Below are positions 49,855 through 63,589 of a DNA stretch of 64,000 bases, piece by piece (within the stretch, counting starts at the first letter, position 1; each line of letters starts with the position of its first letter). The notes below the pieces were generated by a model. That model searched no databases, was not told the DNA's origin, and was given only the letters and a program-made list of their open reading frames with translations. Origin of the DNA: Marsupella aquatica (taxonomy: Eukaryota; Plantae; Marchantiophyta); contig OZ316892.1 of the NCBI GenBank assembly GCA_973895155.1, positions 29,332,932-29,396,931 on the forward strand. The letters run 5' to 3'. The position numbers were made by a program, and so were the translations under genes.

Positions 49855-50050
49855 CTTTGCTAATGTCACCTTGAGAAGATGCAAAGAATAGTCCTTATCT
49901 AATTTCTATAAAGTACATTCTAACCCTTAATTCTCCCTAGACTCAAGGATGATCCTTGCTAATGTCACCTTCAGGAGATGCAAAGAACAGTCCCTATCTA
50001 ATTTCTATAGAGTACATTTTAACCCAATTCTCCCTAGATTCAAGGATAAT
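49855..50050. repeat. Two-copy ~100 bp duplication, related to the reverse complement of 63000-63110
   Basis: ttgctaatgtcacctt..gagatgcaaagaa.agtcc.tatctaatttctata.agtacatt.taacc...attctccctaga.tcaaggat x2. Confidence 0.75.
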
Positions 50051-50467
50051 CATCTCATTTAGGCTAGTGGCGTGTATGGCTAGGTGTGAAACCGGGTAAG
50101 ACAAAACACACCTTGTGAAAGGCTTGGTGGAATTTATTTTGGCAAATTCTTGCCAGTAAAAAACAAAAGTGGTCCAGACCGCCGGAGGCCGGAGCGGAGG
50201 GCTGCGCGAGGGTGGCGCAATCATGCGGGACCTGCCCTTACTAGTGATGCGTCAATCGGGTCCGTCCTTGAATTTGGCGCGCGAGACCATGTTGCCTCAG
50301 GTACTCAGTAGGCAGTCCATGGCGTGCGTTACTTCGTGCGCGCGTCCTCCTCCTCCTCCCCTTCCCGGCGGCGAATAGAACCTACCCCCACCGCGTAGCT
50401 GCGTCCCTGCCTACTACAGTAACTGCGCCTGCCCCTCGTTCCTGCCGGCCTGACGTTACTGCCCGCC

Positions 50468-51040
50468 GTTACACTGGCGGGGTGTAAGTAACTACTCTAA
50501 CGTTCTTGCCCTCCAAACCTGCCCTTCGTTACAGTCCCACGTTACACCGGCGGGGTGTAAGTATCGCCTCAAATGTGCTTGCTAGCCTACCAGCCGAGGT
50601 ATTTGCTTGATCAACCCCTAAAATGAAAATTGTTATTTGGTCGACCCCCTGAGGTCTATCAACGATACAGATCTGAGATTGAAAGGTCCATCAATGGTCC
50701 AAATTGGAGAAAAGTATCGAGAGGTTTGACTAAGCATATCTCTCCCTACTAGCCTGTCTTGGCAGACACAAGTTACACTAGTGGGGTGTAAGTAAATACA
50801 TCGATGTGCTTGCCCGCCTACCTGGTTTTTGTTACAGCCCCATGTTACACTGGCGGGGTGTAACTAGAACCTCGATTGCTTGCCGGCCTACCAGCATTGC
50901 TGTTACATTCCCAAGTTACACTGGTGGGGTGTAAGTACCCCCTCCAAGGTGCTTGCCCATCTACCTGCCTGCTGTTACAGACATAAGTTACACAAATGGG
51001 GTGTAAGTAACTCCTCCGATGTGCTAGACCGCTACCTATT
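50468..51040. repeat. ~72 bp tandem array (6 units), each with a TTACAC-n7-GTGTAA inverted repeat; interrupted by a MITE
   Basis: gttacac.ggcggggtgtaagta at 50468, 50541, 50772, 50844, 50915 and 50987. Confidence 0.9.
50596..50744 (+). mobile_element. Mutator-like MITE, copy 2 (internally deleted, 149 bp)
   Basis: Same termini GAGGTATTTGCTTGA...TAAGCATATCTCTC; flanked by cctaccagcc / cctactagcc. Confidence 0.8.
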
Positions 51041-54000
51041 AACTAACATCAGGGACCATGCCTATGCCAATCTCATTCACAAGCATATTCTAAATGTTTG
51101 TTTCAAATATATATTAGAGACATGTGGCTTCACTTTGCAGAGCAGATAATCAACAGTATGCAGTGAATTAGATAATGCAGATAGATAGATCTCTTGGCAT
51201 ACTAGACTACATTAGACAATATACCAAACCGTTACTTACCTTTCCATCAGCCCAACCTAATCTAAACATTCCAATATGCAATAGCACCCATAGTCTGTTT
51301 ATGAAATGTCATTTTGGGGGAAGCCTCCATGGTCATCTGATTAACCAAAAGAATATTAATTAAACGATGTAACTAAAGGTGGAGTGTCCATCTTTTTCAT
51401 AGCCAACCCGTCACTCTTTAGCTTGCACATTCACAGTAATTCAGTTGTCAGGCAGGCTCACCACAACCCTCGTCTGCTGCCAATTCATTTATCCTCAACA
51501 TCAATTGCTCTGGACAATACTCTACAATGCATGGATAATAAGTACTCGAGTCATGTTCCATGCTTTCACTGCACAGCAAGACGGGCGAGGGTACGCTGCA
51601 CCGTTAGCTAGCATGAATGAATGTGTTGTTCATTTTAGTCTTGCAGCTCATTTAAATAATAAAATCTCTTGGACTGTTTCGAAATAAATAGTACCTTCGA
51701 ATTTAAAAACATAATTTTATTATAATTAAACACATCAATCCAGTCAAATACGACAGTATTACAGTAATATTCATTCAACGGTCACTTGAAGACAAGCGCG
51801 CCTCTGTAATTAATCCCACTCCCGCAATAAAAATAGCAGGTCCTTTAAGTATATTATTCTAATGCTCCATACGATTTCAGCCGTAGATTGCAACGATCGG
51901 CAGTCTAGAACAGTCTCTCGAGGACAAGAATATTAATTCATCGACAAACATCTGAGGAAAAATGATGACCTGCATGTGTCACCGTACTAAGTACCACACT
52001 GTAAGACATCAGAAGAGAATGTAATGCACTGACCATTCACGCAATGGACGGCCCACGGTACACGATCGAGGAACAGATTCCCTCGAGAAAAAACATAATC
52101 AGTAAAGTTCACTGCCTGAGGAGACCTCTTAGTACCCTATGACTGTACACTGACTACAGTCGGCTCTCCTGACTTAAAGGAGGTACTTGCGGTCTCTCGA
52201 TAACTGTAACCACGGTAATAGTCTCCGTGAACCCGACGATACCCAACTCAGTTGTGACGCGGACTGTAGAAAATCTTGCAATTTGTCAAGACCTGCTTTC
52301 TTGGTAGATAATGATGGAGAGAATCTTGGAATTTGTCAAGAAAATGGAAGGCGCTTTATTTTGTTTTATTATTATTTAAGATGCTTCAATGCGACTTGCG
52401 ATTTGTTTAGTTGTCACCTTTTCGTTCTGTTGACTATCTTAGTCCTGAAGTGAGTACGCAAAGGAAGGCCTCCTTTATCCAACCTCCACGAATGTTCGTT
52501 GAAATCACAAGTATAGTCTAAAGATATAGAAAATTGTAACCAGGAAAATTATAGTCGATGGTTTCATTCCATGCACTGGGTCATGAGTGCTTGATTTCAA
52601 TTGAGAATTATACTTTAGATTCGCTAGAATGTCACACTTTTCATTTCAAGGACTAGAATATCATCATTGGTATGTCAAGCTGATTTCTTGGTAAATGGTA
52701 GAGAATCTTACGACTAGAATGTCACTATTGGTATGTCGAGCTGATTTCTTGGTAAATGATTGAGAATCTTGCACTTACGAGCTGATGTCTTGGTAATGAA
52801 AGGTCCATTAGTTTGTTTTATTTTTATTTAAGATGCTTTAACTACAAATTGAGAGTTGTTAGATTGTCACCCTTTTTGTCTAAACTAGTCCTGATTTCAG
52901 TGCATATGCAAACCCCATACCCAGATTCCCTGGATGCCCGTCCTATTGACAAGCATAGTCAAATATTTGTAATCACATGTTAACAGAAAAATATAAATAT
53001 AGCCTATGGTTTTGTTTGACAGAATATTTCATGAGTGTTTGACCTCAATCACAAATTATATATAGATTTGCTACAACAGTCACAATTTTCATTTCAATTT
53101 CTAGAATATCACTCTTCTAACCTACATCAATCTAAGTTAATCTATAATCAAAATTTGGATACCAGACTCTCTATGGACAACCAGGGTAAGTCCTCGTGAC
53201 TTAGCCCTTTTACCAACTTCCTAGCACAAAGACATAGAGAAATCCAATCAAATCCCACACTCTTTGCTGTTGGTCAAATGTGAAAGGGGGGCCACTTGCA
53301 TTCTAAATGCATTTCTAGTACTCTTGTCCACACATTGGCAGTGACATTGTGGTTCTCCTCATGATATGAATGCCTTGAGTGAAACATTTACTTAATATTG
53401 CAGTATCTGAATATTGCATTCCAACAACTCACTATATGCAATCCCTGAGCTGCCCTCAAGGGCTTGGATTTATTAAGGGACCACTGTAGAAGCACAGGAA
53501 ACCAAGAGGGAAGCAAGGCAACAGAGCCTCTGTCCTGGCAGGTCAAACAACACGTCAAGATGTAGGGAGAGAATCCAAGGAAATGTATCATGCAATCCTG
53601 GAACCCCACATGCACAAATTGGGGAGGGAGTCAAGTGCCCAACAAGGAGAGACAATTCTTGCTTAAATTGAGGGCCCAGAAAGGTGAGGAATGCAGAAGA
53701 GATCTCAACAAAATGTGTTCAAAGATGAGTGAACATGGTCAAAATAGATAACAGGGTGGCAAGGTGAGGAAGGCAGAAGATGTCTCAGTTGCTCAAAGAT
53801 GAGGCAAGAGAGTCAAAGTTGATAACCAATCAGGGCGGGATGAATCTTACTTATAAAATGTCAACTATAAGCTAGAGTGGTGGCCTAGGCTTCTAGAGTG
53901 AAGCTTCTAGACAGTAACTCCATGGCTCATCATGTGAATGGAAAACTTATGATTATGATATATGTCAAATGATAATCATGCATACTTTTCATCATGATTT

Positions 54001-54549
54001 TTATTTGCATTAAAAAATGTGTTCTATGTCCACACCATCACATATGTGCATAGAAAGAGTGATGTGCATAGAAGTATGATATGTTATGGATGATTATTAA
54101 AATGATGACATTCATGATGGTTTTTTTAGCTTCAAAGAATAGATCAAAGGAGGGCTTTGCGCAGGCAGTGGAAGATAATCATGGGACTAGGCCAGGAAGT
54201 AAGGACAGAAGCAACAAAGGAGGGAGTAACAAACGGGGTAACAAAGGAAGAGAGAGAAAAACTAGGAAGAACAATAAAATGGGGCACATGTCAAACAAGG
54301 ACATGTCAACATAGTGAGTGGACCAGGGCATGGAACAGAGTCATTCATTGAATTGGAGGAAAACTAAATTTGGCAGAAACTAAACAACAAGAGTGGTCCA
54401 GAGGAGCAACTTGTGACCTCACAGGATATATATTGGCAGATGGCACACAAGGAAATCTGTTGCCACAACCTCCATCTTGATCCAACTCTTGTTGCTGTAA
54501 CAATTGTTGGAATTTCATATCTATCTTGCCTGTGTGATCTCTCATATTC

Positions 54550-54727
54550 AAGGTATTTGTTTGATCAACCCCCAAAATGAAACTTGTTACTTGATCGACC
54601 CCCTGAGGTCTATCAACAGTCCAGATCTGAGATCTAAAGGTCCATCAACCGTCCAGATTGGGAAAAGTATCAAGGGGGTTGATTAAGAAAACTTTTTCTA
54701 GAAGGGGGTCTACTAAGCATATCTCTC
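54550..54727 (+). mobile_element. Mutator-like MITE, copy 3 (178 bp)
   Basis: Same internal sequence and TIRs; perfect 9-bp TSD CTCATATTC at 54541-54549 and 54728-54736. Confidence 0.85.
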
Positions 54728-54829
54728 CTCATATTCTTTCATTCCTCCCTCCCCCCTTAATTAAACCACCACTGTCACCCAAAGTACGGGAGGACAAATA
54801 GAGCCATACCTACAGATTTGTGACTTATA

Positions 54830-55492
54830 TATATACTAGATATCTGGTAATGACCGGAGCCTGTATCCAGAATGAAACTGCTATATGGTGAATCTATCTT
54901 CCAGTATTTTGTCTTATTCAAACTTCTTTTCTTGTATATTTTAATTCAATGTGTCTTACCAAGGTGCATCCCTTGTATACTTAGATTTTGAATTTAATCT
55001 GGCACCACTCTAAATTTTTCTATCTTTGATATACTTTTGATCATCCACCCTTTAACAAAGCTCACAGCTCACGGAAGTTCTAGCCCTTAGTGAAGAAGAA
55101 ATGATCTAATTAAAGTGCACTCCTCATGTCTTTAAGTTCTACTCATGGTTTTGTGTCCTAAATTTATGGTTTTAATTCATTTGAGTGTAGTTACCTAAGA
55201 TAAGTACATAAATATCTTTACTGGTGTATAGTATGTGCATAACCCAATACCATAGACTTAAATTTTTCCTGTTCATTATTATTTTTCTTTACATGTGTAC
55301 TTTTATTCTTGTACCTTATGTGCACAACTTTTCAATGTCACGCTTCCTAATCAATGTACTATTTATATTTGTCACAAAAAAATAGATCATCTGTATTTCA
55401 CTAAAAAACTTAAACTTTTTGCTAAAGGACAAAATAACTTTTCATATTCCAGGATGAGTATGCTATATACTAGATATCTGGTAATGACCGGA
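54830..55492 (-). mobile_element. Putative non-autonomous Helitron fragment(s)
   Basis: Identical 29-bp repeats at 54830-54858 and 55464-55492 read TCCGGTCATTACCAGATATCTAG|T on the minus strand (short hairpin followed by CTAG-T). Confidence 0.35.
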
Positions 55493-58027
55493 CCCTAAAG
55501 AGTGGCACTGATAGTTTAAAAAGGTCTTCCAAGATCCAAGCTAACCATGAGCAATCTGGACTTGGTGATGAGACCTACATGAATTAAAAATAATGTAAAG
55601 ATCTAGCAAACTGCAAGTCTGAGAAAAATCAAGTTCTTCCTTGGGATTTATATAATATTTATATATTATTGTTAATGCTCTTACAAGTACGTCTTTTCCT
55701 TATTTGTTTTCAACCTTGAATTCCACAATATTCATTTCCTTCCAATATTACCGTTGCTCGTGCAGTCAAAGATGGGTTATGTCATGCATGCAGTGAAACA
55801 AACATATAATTGAATATTTGGTTATGTGCTCTTTCAAGGAAGATATGGGGAGTATCCTTTAAAGATCATTCGTTTCCTACACGTGCTTAAATCTCATTGA
55901 AAGAAATAGTCCAACAAGAGGGTGCGTAACTATCTTCAATGATATTTGTGAAACAAGACATGTGTGTCATTGGGGTACTTTTATAACGCCAGTGATTGGC
56001 TTCAGAAGGTGATTCTTGAAGAATAATCCTGCCTATTTATAAACACTGCAAAAGGGATCCCACATGCCAGAAACCCAATAAAGGGGGGAAAAGAATGGAA
56101 AAAACAGAGGAGACCAAAGAGCTTGACTTGTGTTGACTCAACTGGTGTAGTTTCCCATGTCCATTGAACTCGAGATTGAACTATTTATTGTTATAGTTTT
56201 CCGCGTCACGTTCATTGAATCATTCGATACTCATAGCCCATGTGGAGTTTGGTTCCATTGTAGTGTTCACAAAAGTTGAAAATGGAAAAAACCCCTTAAA
56301 ATAATATCCCTCACCATGGTTTGACCCAGCTAAGGGCCATCCCGGCAAGTTGTATCTTGTTCTACCTGAGAAAAGTAGGGCTTTCCCCCACCTGGACCAT
56401 TTTCTATTCCCAACTGAAAGGGCGGGGTTCTTTCTTAGTTGAAAACACAGATGTACATGATGCAATTCAGATCCCTAGAGGCCTTAGTTGACTGGTTGAT
56501 GCACCTTATTGTGACTCAATTTGGGGTTACCATGCATGGAATAAGATGTTAAGTGTATATAAGTTTAAACACATCCATGGTTGGTAATTTCTTGTTCAGC
56601 ACTGTGTGAGGCACATACTACACCAGACTTGTCAAGCCATGTAGTTAGTTTAGGATTGCAGGTGGTATCTGGAAACTACACTAAGTTAGATATCCCCCCA
56701 AGACACAATGCATACGTAACGGAGAGGCTGCATGCAAGCACCACCATCAACAAAGGAGTCAGACTGTGCTGTGGACTACATAGGAGGCACTGGGCAAAGT
56801 TAACAGAATGGGAGGAGTACTCGGTAAGCCCACCTAAATCAGTATTTGTCCAAGCATATTTGTTTTATTGGTGTTTCTTAGGTAGTCACCTCTCAATAAC
56901 AAGCATATCTTAGACAAGTTGGGCCTCACCAACTTCTCAACACTTTTCAGGGACTTACCAACAAAGTTTTAGGACTATGGGACCACCAAGTAGATACTTG
57001 GACAGGACTGTATATATCACAGTGCCAAAGGGAAAAAGGCTGAACTTGGAGAGAGGGTCCCAAAGGCAAAGCAGCCCAATAGAAAGGGAAGGGCGGGGAG
57101 GGGAGACAAAGGGGAAGGGGCCCCAAGAAGACCAAAAGGTCCAACAAGCCAAGGAGTCCCCTATAGCAACAAAGTGAAAATGACAAAAACAAAAAAACCT
57201 GACTGTATAGGGTTCCAAAGACCTTCTAGTCCCAGCGCCCAACCATAATGTTTGACAAAGTGATCAAATGGTCAGTTGCAATGTGCATGGATTGTTTTGA
57301 AATGTCACTTTTACTTTAACATCTTTTCTTTCAATTTTTTTCTTTCTTTCTTTTGTTGGTGTCAAAAAGAGTTTGGTCCATCAGAGTTGTGAGGTCAGAC
57401 ATTCTGATCCATCCAAGCATCGACGGCTCTAAACCCTTCTCCCTTGGGGATGAGGGCCCATAAACCCCTCCAGGCACGGATTACCCTGCACATAATTACC
57501 CTTCATGATTTTTCCTATTTCAGGGCATAGTGCCCTTAAAGGACTTTAGTGTATACTTGGCTCTCAAGCATTATCCCTAAGTCATTCTCTGGAAGGATTT
57601 GCCATACTCTTCTATTGAACATCATCCTAATGTCCAATTTGCCCTTGAGGTTTTTGGTGTTCTCCACCCTACCTTTGACCAATTCCTTCGAGCCTGTGCA
57701 GTTTTTTGTATTGAGAGGGGGTCTTTCCCCCTTGTTTCTGTCCTCATCTTTTTTTTTCGGCAGCAGGTGTCTATGGCTCTTCAACGGGCCCAGGCTTTCC
57801 CCCTCTTCGTAAGGCTGAGGCAGTTGGTTTAAGAGCCTCCTGGTAAGTCCCTCTCAATAGACTGTTAGCCTTCACGGCTCCTATGTAGGTTACTTTTTTA
57901 TCCTTGTTTCTTCATTGGCATTTGGTTGGGCCCTTGGGGCTTGTTTTTCTTGGGCCCTTTCTCCTCTTTTCCCCCCTTTCATTGGGCTCCTTTGCCATTG
58001 GGACCATGTCTCACGTTCGGCCATTTT

Positions 58028-58185
58028 TTGCCCTTGGGGAGGGTGATATATTATTTTCTCCGGAAGGACTTGCAATTTCAGGGGCACAGGGAAGCAAATT
58101 GATTTTTTTGCCATTGGGCCGTGGATATATTATTTTCTCTGGAAGGACTTGCAATTTCAGAGGCACCGGAAGCAGATTGATTGTA
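58028..58185. repeat. Two-copy ~80 bp duplication
   Basis: gatatattattttctc.ggaaggacttgcaatttcag.ggcac..ggaagca.attgatt x2. Confidence 0.85.
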
Positions 58186-59002
58186 CATCCCAACCGTGGG
58201 GGCCGCCTCCACTGGGGCAGAACCAGCCAACGGCACAGTAGTTACGTACAGGACTGCAAAGTGCGAGGTAGGTATTTCTGTTTTGTGTCTGCCGAATAAT
58301 AATATGACAGTAGTGAATCAAGGACAGCAGCAAGCACTGGAGAGACGTTGCTGCTGGAGCCGTACCCACCTTGTAACGAGCACAATTTCGAATCCATGTG
58401 CAATCGGTCCCACCTTGTGGTACGTAAATTGTGGAACCTTGTCCCGTGAGGTCGAGCTCGATGAGTGCAATTTCGAGTGCAAGTCAAATTGGAATTGTCG
58501 AAATGGGAAATTTTAATACAGGTTTGAGACGAAGTTTGCAAAACAGACTGTTCTCTTTTTCGACATGTGCACTCAGAATTGTGGGGAAACTAGACTTCTG
58601 TAGCAATTTTGGCCACCGCAACGGAAAATATCCCTCACTTAAATTGTAAACATGATAGTTTTCATCTGCTGAGAAGCATTCCATCCATGGAAAGCGAGCG
58701 AGCAGGAGAAATCTGTCGACCACGGCATGACCCCCCGAAACGTCTCCGTTGTGCACGAGAAGCTACAGTTGATGCTGTGGTCACAACAGTACACAATCAT
58801 AGCGAAATCCTAAACGCGCTCATTTCAGAGTGTCACAATTGTTCAGCGATGTCAATCCCTTGACTCTCTCTCTCCCTGCCAGCATGCTTTAAATTGAAAC
58901 GACTGTACAATTTCTGTGAAACAGATGATTAATGTGCAGTGTTCAACGAACGACCCTTTTTTTCTGGTCCGCAGTTCACACGTTTGTCCACTCAGTCTAC
59001 TT

Positions 59003-59093
59003 CCACAGTCAGATACTCTCGAATCAATGTGCACTTCAAATGCGGGGCCACAGTCAGATACTCTCGAATCAATGTGCACTTCAAATGCGGGGC
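59003..59093. repeat. Perfect two-copy ~45 bp duplication
   Basis: ccacagtcagatactctcgaatcaatgtgcacttcaaatgcggggc x2. Confidence 0.9.
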
Positions 59094-59977
59094 GACAGAC
59101 AGCATGGGCTGTTTCTTCATTTTTCTTCATTTTCTTCATTTTTCTTCGACAGCAGGCCTCATCGCAGTCCTGGCGGCTAGGCCATAGTCTGGCACATTTT
59201 CAGCTCGAGGAGCACGAGAGAGCTGCACTGGCAGAGGCTGCAGTGCAGCAGTGGAGAACGAGAATATTTCCACTGCCATCGCTCCTCGTGTCTTTCCTCC
59301 TGTGAAGGGTTTTGGGTTTTGGGTACTTGGGTGCCTTCGAGCATCTAAAAATGAGTTTGGTCAAGTAAGGAGTAAATACCCAGTCACCCTGTCTGACACC
59401 CTTTGCTTATCAGTTTACATAAGTGCCATCCCCCTTACAGGAGCACCCACCTCCACGAAATATTAATTATTGTTTTACTCCTTTAAACAACCTAACACCA
59501 AAATGTGCTAGAGGAGTAGATAAAGTTACATTTCCATCAAAGTGACAATTTTTGGTCATTTTGGTTGAGTTATTCCTCATGAATTGCGAAGGGTGTAAAT
59601 TCTATTAGATTAATTTAAATTGTGTTGAATCAATATGACATATTAGGGATTGCATGTTTTTATGTTCCCTCCTTCTCTAGTTGCCTTGCAGGTGAAAAAC
59701 TGAGATTTACTGTAAATAACAATCATAATCAAATGAAACTCAACCCCAACCCTATTAGTGGATCATTTTACTTGACCCTAGAAATCAGCTTCACACCAAG
59801 TAGATTGCAGTCTTGTAAACTGTCTCAATAGAATAGACTATTTATTTTCTCCTACATGCAGATCCAATAACCAAAAAAACGCAATGCCTGAAAACCTGTC
59901 AGGGTTAAAGTGAATGGGTTAGAAGTAACTTTTTGCATTTTAGTTACTGGGTTCTATCAACACCCACTTACACAAGA

Positions 59978-60340
59978 TCATGTCACTCTAGCATTCTATG
60001 GAAAGGAACTGGGACCTTGCTTGGCTTATGGCTTCATTCACCAGGTGGACAATTCCAATACAGTGTGGACGTGCTCTTTTGTCAGTCTAGCACCTGATGG
60101 AAACGGACTGGGACGTTGGCCTGTGCTTTCATTCACCAGGTGGTTTCCAATAAGGTGTGCCTGGAGGTGCTCTTATGTCATTTTAGCACCTGATGGAAGG
60201 AGACTAGGGCCTTGCTTGGCCTATGCCTTCATTCAGCAGGTGGGGGTTTTCCAATAAGCTTTGGAGGTGCTGTTATGTCATTGTAGCATCTGATGGAAAG
60301 GGACTGGGACCTTGCTTGGCCTTCATTTATCAGGTGGGCG
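59978..60340. repeat. Four ~95-100 bp tandem units
   Basis: gtca.t.tagca.ctgatggaa..ggactgggac.ttgc.tggc...ttcattcaccaggtgg x4. Confidence 0.85.
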
Positions 60341-63300
60341 TCCTTTGGTACCTTGAATTTTTGTAAAGACTGGGACATGCATGAGAGAGCTGGCCAACCA
60401 TTTTTCTCCCATTTTGGGAAAGGAGTGCGTGTGGCAACTTCTCTCCTTTCCTCATATTAAATATTTTCTGTCTAATTTCAACATATACATGTGTGGGGTT
60501 TGTTTCTCTAGATTTAGTAGTGTTAGATTTGACAACTAACCCTCTGAATAGCATCTCCAGCTGTTAGGAGTGAATGATGGCTAAACCAAAAGCCCTCATA
60601 TTGGATTCAATCACCAGCTGTTCTCCCCTCCTCTGACCTCTATAGTTTCCAAATAGATGTGTTGTCATTTCTACGCTCAAAATCTCAAGCATATTTAGGA
60701 TCTTGTGACACTCAGTTGACTCTCTTGGCAGCCATTTCTACCAAATATGGCCGCCATGGTTGTGAAAATGAAGGTTAGTTGCAATTTATTTAGAGATAGG
60801 GGCCATAGCTGGGAAGCCATCCATCCTAGTACAGCTGGTTAGTTTGACCCACTGCTGGAGATACTCTTAGCTAGATTTAGCTTTGGCAAATTGAAGGCAA
60901 ATGTCTCAGTCTGGTTTTTGTAGGAGTTTGCCAGAGCATTATAACGGCCCAAGACAGGTAACCAGGTTCCTACAACGGTACCCTAGATCCAGTCATAGCT
61001 CCAGTGGGCAAAATAAAAATCCATACATGTTTTCCATGGTTTCCATGTTCTTTAGAGATGACAAAGTCCTGGCCAATGGCCAAGTGGAGGAACACACGGT
61101 ATACAGAGTTATTCAATCCTGTCCCCCGTATTGTATGGAAACTTAATTACTGTACTACACCCAAGGAGTGCGAATTTCCACTATTTCACTGTAGCAATGT
61201 AGCATGGTGTCTCCTGATGTGATTGATCGGTCAACTAGCTTGGAATAAAAAGTGGTTCCAGTATCCATCCCAAAATATCATGGGGCTGCTCATCCAAAGT
61301 GGGGTCCACTAATAGCTAATGAAAGGTTTTCATATAAGGTAACTTGTAATACTCATTTTCTGTATATACCAATGTCTTGTTTACCTGACATTGTGGGATA
61401 TTGTCTATATAACACAGTGCCAAAGGGCAAAAGTAGTTGAACATGAAGACGTGAGATATAATCCATCACAAATATGAGCTTCGTGTCTACTGTAGTTTTG
61501 AGAGGTTATTCTTGTCCATAATGTTCTAGAAAGAGGACTAATATTAACATTTAAGGTCTAAGCAAATTTTACTTTTATTAATGTTAGTAAAACTAGAAGA
61601 GAATATTCCTACAGAGATGCTCCAAATATTGACAGAAATATTTCAAGTATACTCTAAAATATACGAAGGAAAAAATCACAAAAGGCATTAAGTGTAGCAC
61701 AATCATGTGTGCAAGAACAAATGGTATTTTGGGATTTTTAGAGTTCCTTCCTCCTAAACTGGTTTCTCTTTTGAGGGTGCTTTTGAACCCAATTATTGTA
61801 CAAAATTTTCCTTGCACAATAATGACAGTCAGTAGAGAAAAAGAAGTTGCGATGGGACCACTAATATCCCCAAACCTGGGTGACAATATATGTCTTTGCA
61901 CAATAATCCCAAGTTGTGGTCCATCCAGAATTCTTCTTCTCGATAGGATGCAATTATTGTGCAAAGATAATTTTGTAACTCAACATAATAATGCATACAC
62001 TAACGTCATATGTGACTTTCGTAACAAGTGTAGCTTTTCGTCAAAGTGACACCATTTGCAAACATTGTGTGCAACTCAAGTAGTATATCCTCCATAAATA
62101 AGTTGGTCTCTATTTTGGGTATCAAAAGCTGGGAGGTCTTTCTCAATTTGTGGTCCATACTTCTTTTTCTCCATTGACTGTAATTATTGTGCAAAGATAA
62201 TTTTGTCAAACTCAGCAAAAGAATGCATACACTAACGTCACATGTGGCAATCTCAACAAGAGTAGCTTTTCAATTTTTGATCAAGTAGGGTTTTAGTTCT
62301 TTTGCTTTTGTTGGGGGCTCCTCGATTTTATTGTGCTCTTTTGTCTTCCTGGGGTTTTTCTCTTGTCTTCTCCCCTTTATTGAGTCTCTGGCCTTTGGGA
62401 CCATGTTTCCCGTTTGGCTTTCTTATTCTTTAGTACATTAGAAAAGCCGACATAGTAGTGACAACAATCATAAAGTTCATCTTTTTCATAGTCAAAAGTA
62501 ACTTGGTGCGAGTCTTCAACTTTTGAGATTTTCCTCCTTCTACCAAACACCACCAATGTCAGTCCTCATCACACATGTGCATTTGAAATGTTGTGGAGAT
62601 TCTATTGTCTGGAGTGGACTGGCAGTCTAGTCTTGCTCTGGTCTCAGTCTTTTTTTGTCTAGCGGCAAGAGTGAGCCAAATTCCAACTCCACTGAAAAGT
62701 CTTCCCACTTTTGGTCAAAACTTTGCCAGGCTTTTTGACTTTGATTTTCCAGTTTCCCATCTAGTCAAGACCCCAGTGGCCCAGTACCCCCCCCCCCCCC
62801 GCCCCGAATCTGACTGTCATCCTTAAATCTAGGGAGATCAAATTGTAAAATTAACCTAGGAAAACTAGATGAAGAATATTGTTAGCATCTTCCCTTCATA
62901 CGCAAGGTGACATTGGTCACCGTGGCCAAATATAAAAACCCTGGTCTTCCCAGGCTTTCTGACTTCCAGAAGCCAGTTTCTGAGTTTCCCAAGTAGCCAC
63001 ATACCTCTTTATCCTTAAAGTTAGGGATAGCAGTCAGAAAGTTGTATAGGAAAATTAGATAAAGGCTTTTCTGAGCATCTTCTCTTTCACATAAGGTGAC
63101 ATTCGTCACAATTGTCACCATGGCTAAAACGGAAAAACCTGCTCTCACACATGTGCAGTTGCCATGTTGTGGAGATTCTACACTATCGTATAGTGTGGTC
63201 TGGTTGTGTCATCCAGCTTAATCTTTAAGGTTTTTCCTTATAAGCCAGAACAGCCAATGTGGTGTGGGGAAGGAGAAGATGTTACCAATCTTCTTTATCC

Positions 63301-63589
63301 AAAATTCTGAAATTATTTAATGACTATTAGATTTCCCTAGATTTAAGGAGGGTGTTTACAGTCTTGCTAATGGGGCCTGTGATTGGGGTGTGATTGGGTA
63401 AGAAACTGGCTAATGGGACAAAAAAAAAACTAGCCAATTTTTACCAAAAGTGGCCAAGACTTTTTTTTTGCCTTCGAATATCTTTTTGAATTCCATTCAC
63501 AAAGACACCATACAAACAGGTGACCCACAAGGGCAACACACAAGAGGGCCAGAGGTCGAAGTGCAAAGAAAGCCCGTGAGGCCTGCGCC

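Noticed and set aside
50468-51040. CRISPR array or 24-aa LRR coding repeat
   Set aside because: Linkers are mutually homologous, there are no cas genes and the context is eukaryotic. Translations contain stops and lack an LxxLxL consensus.
58180-59310. Possible gene in a CpG-retaining block
   Set aside because: ORFs are short and partly repeat-derived; no supported exon chain.
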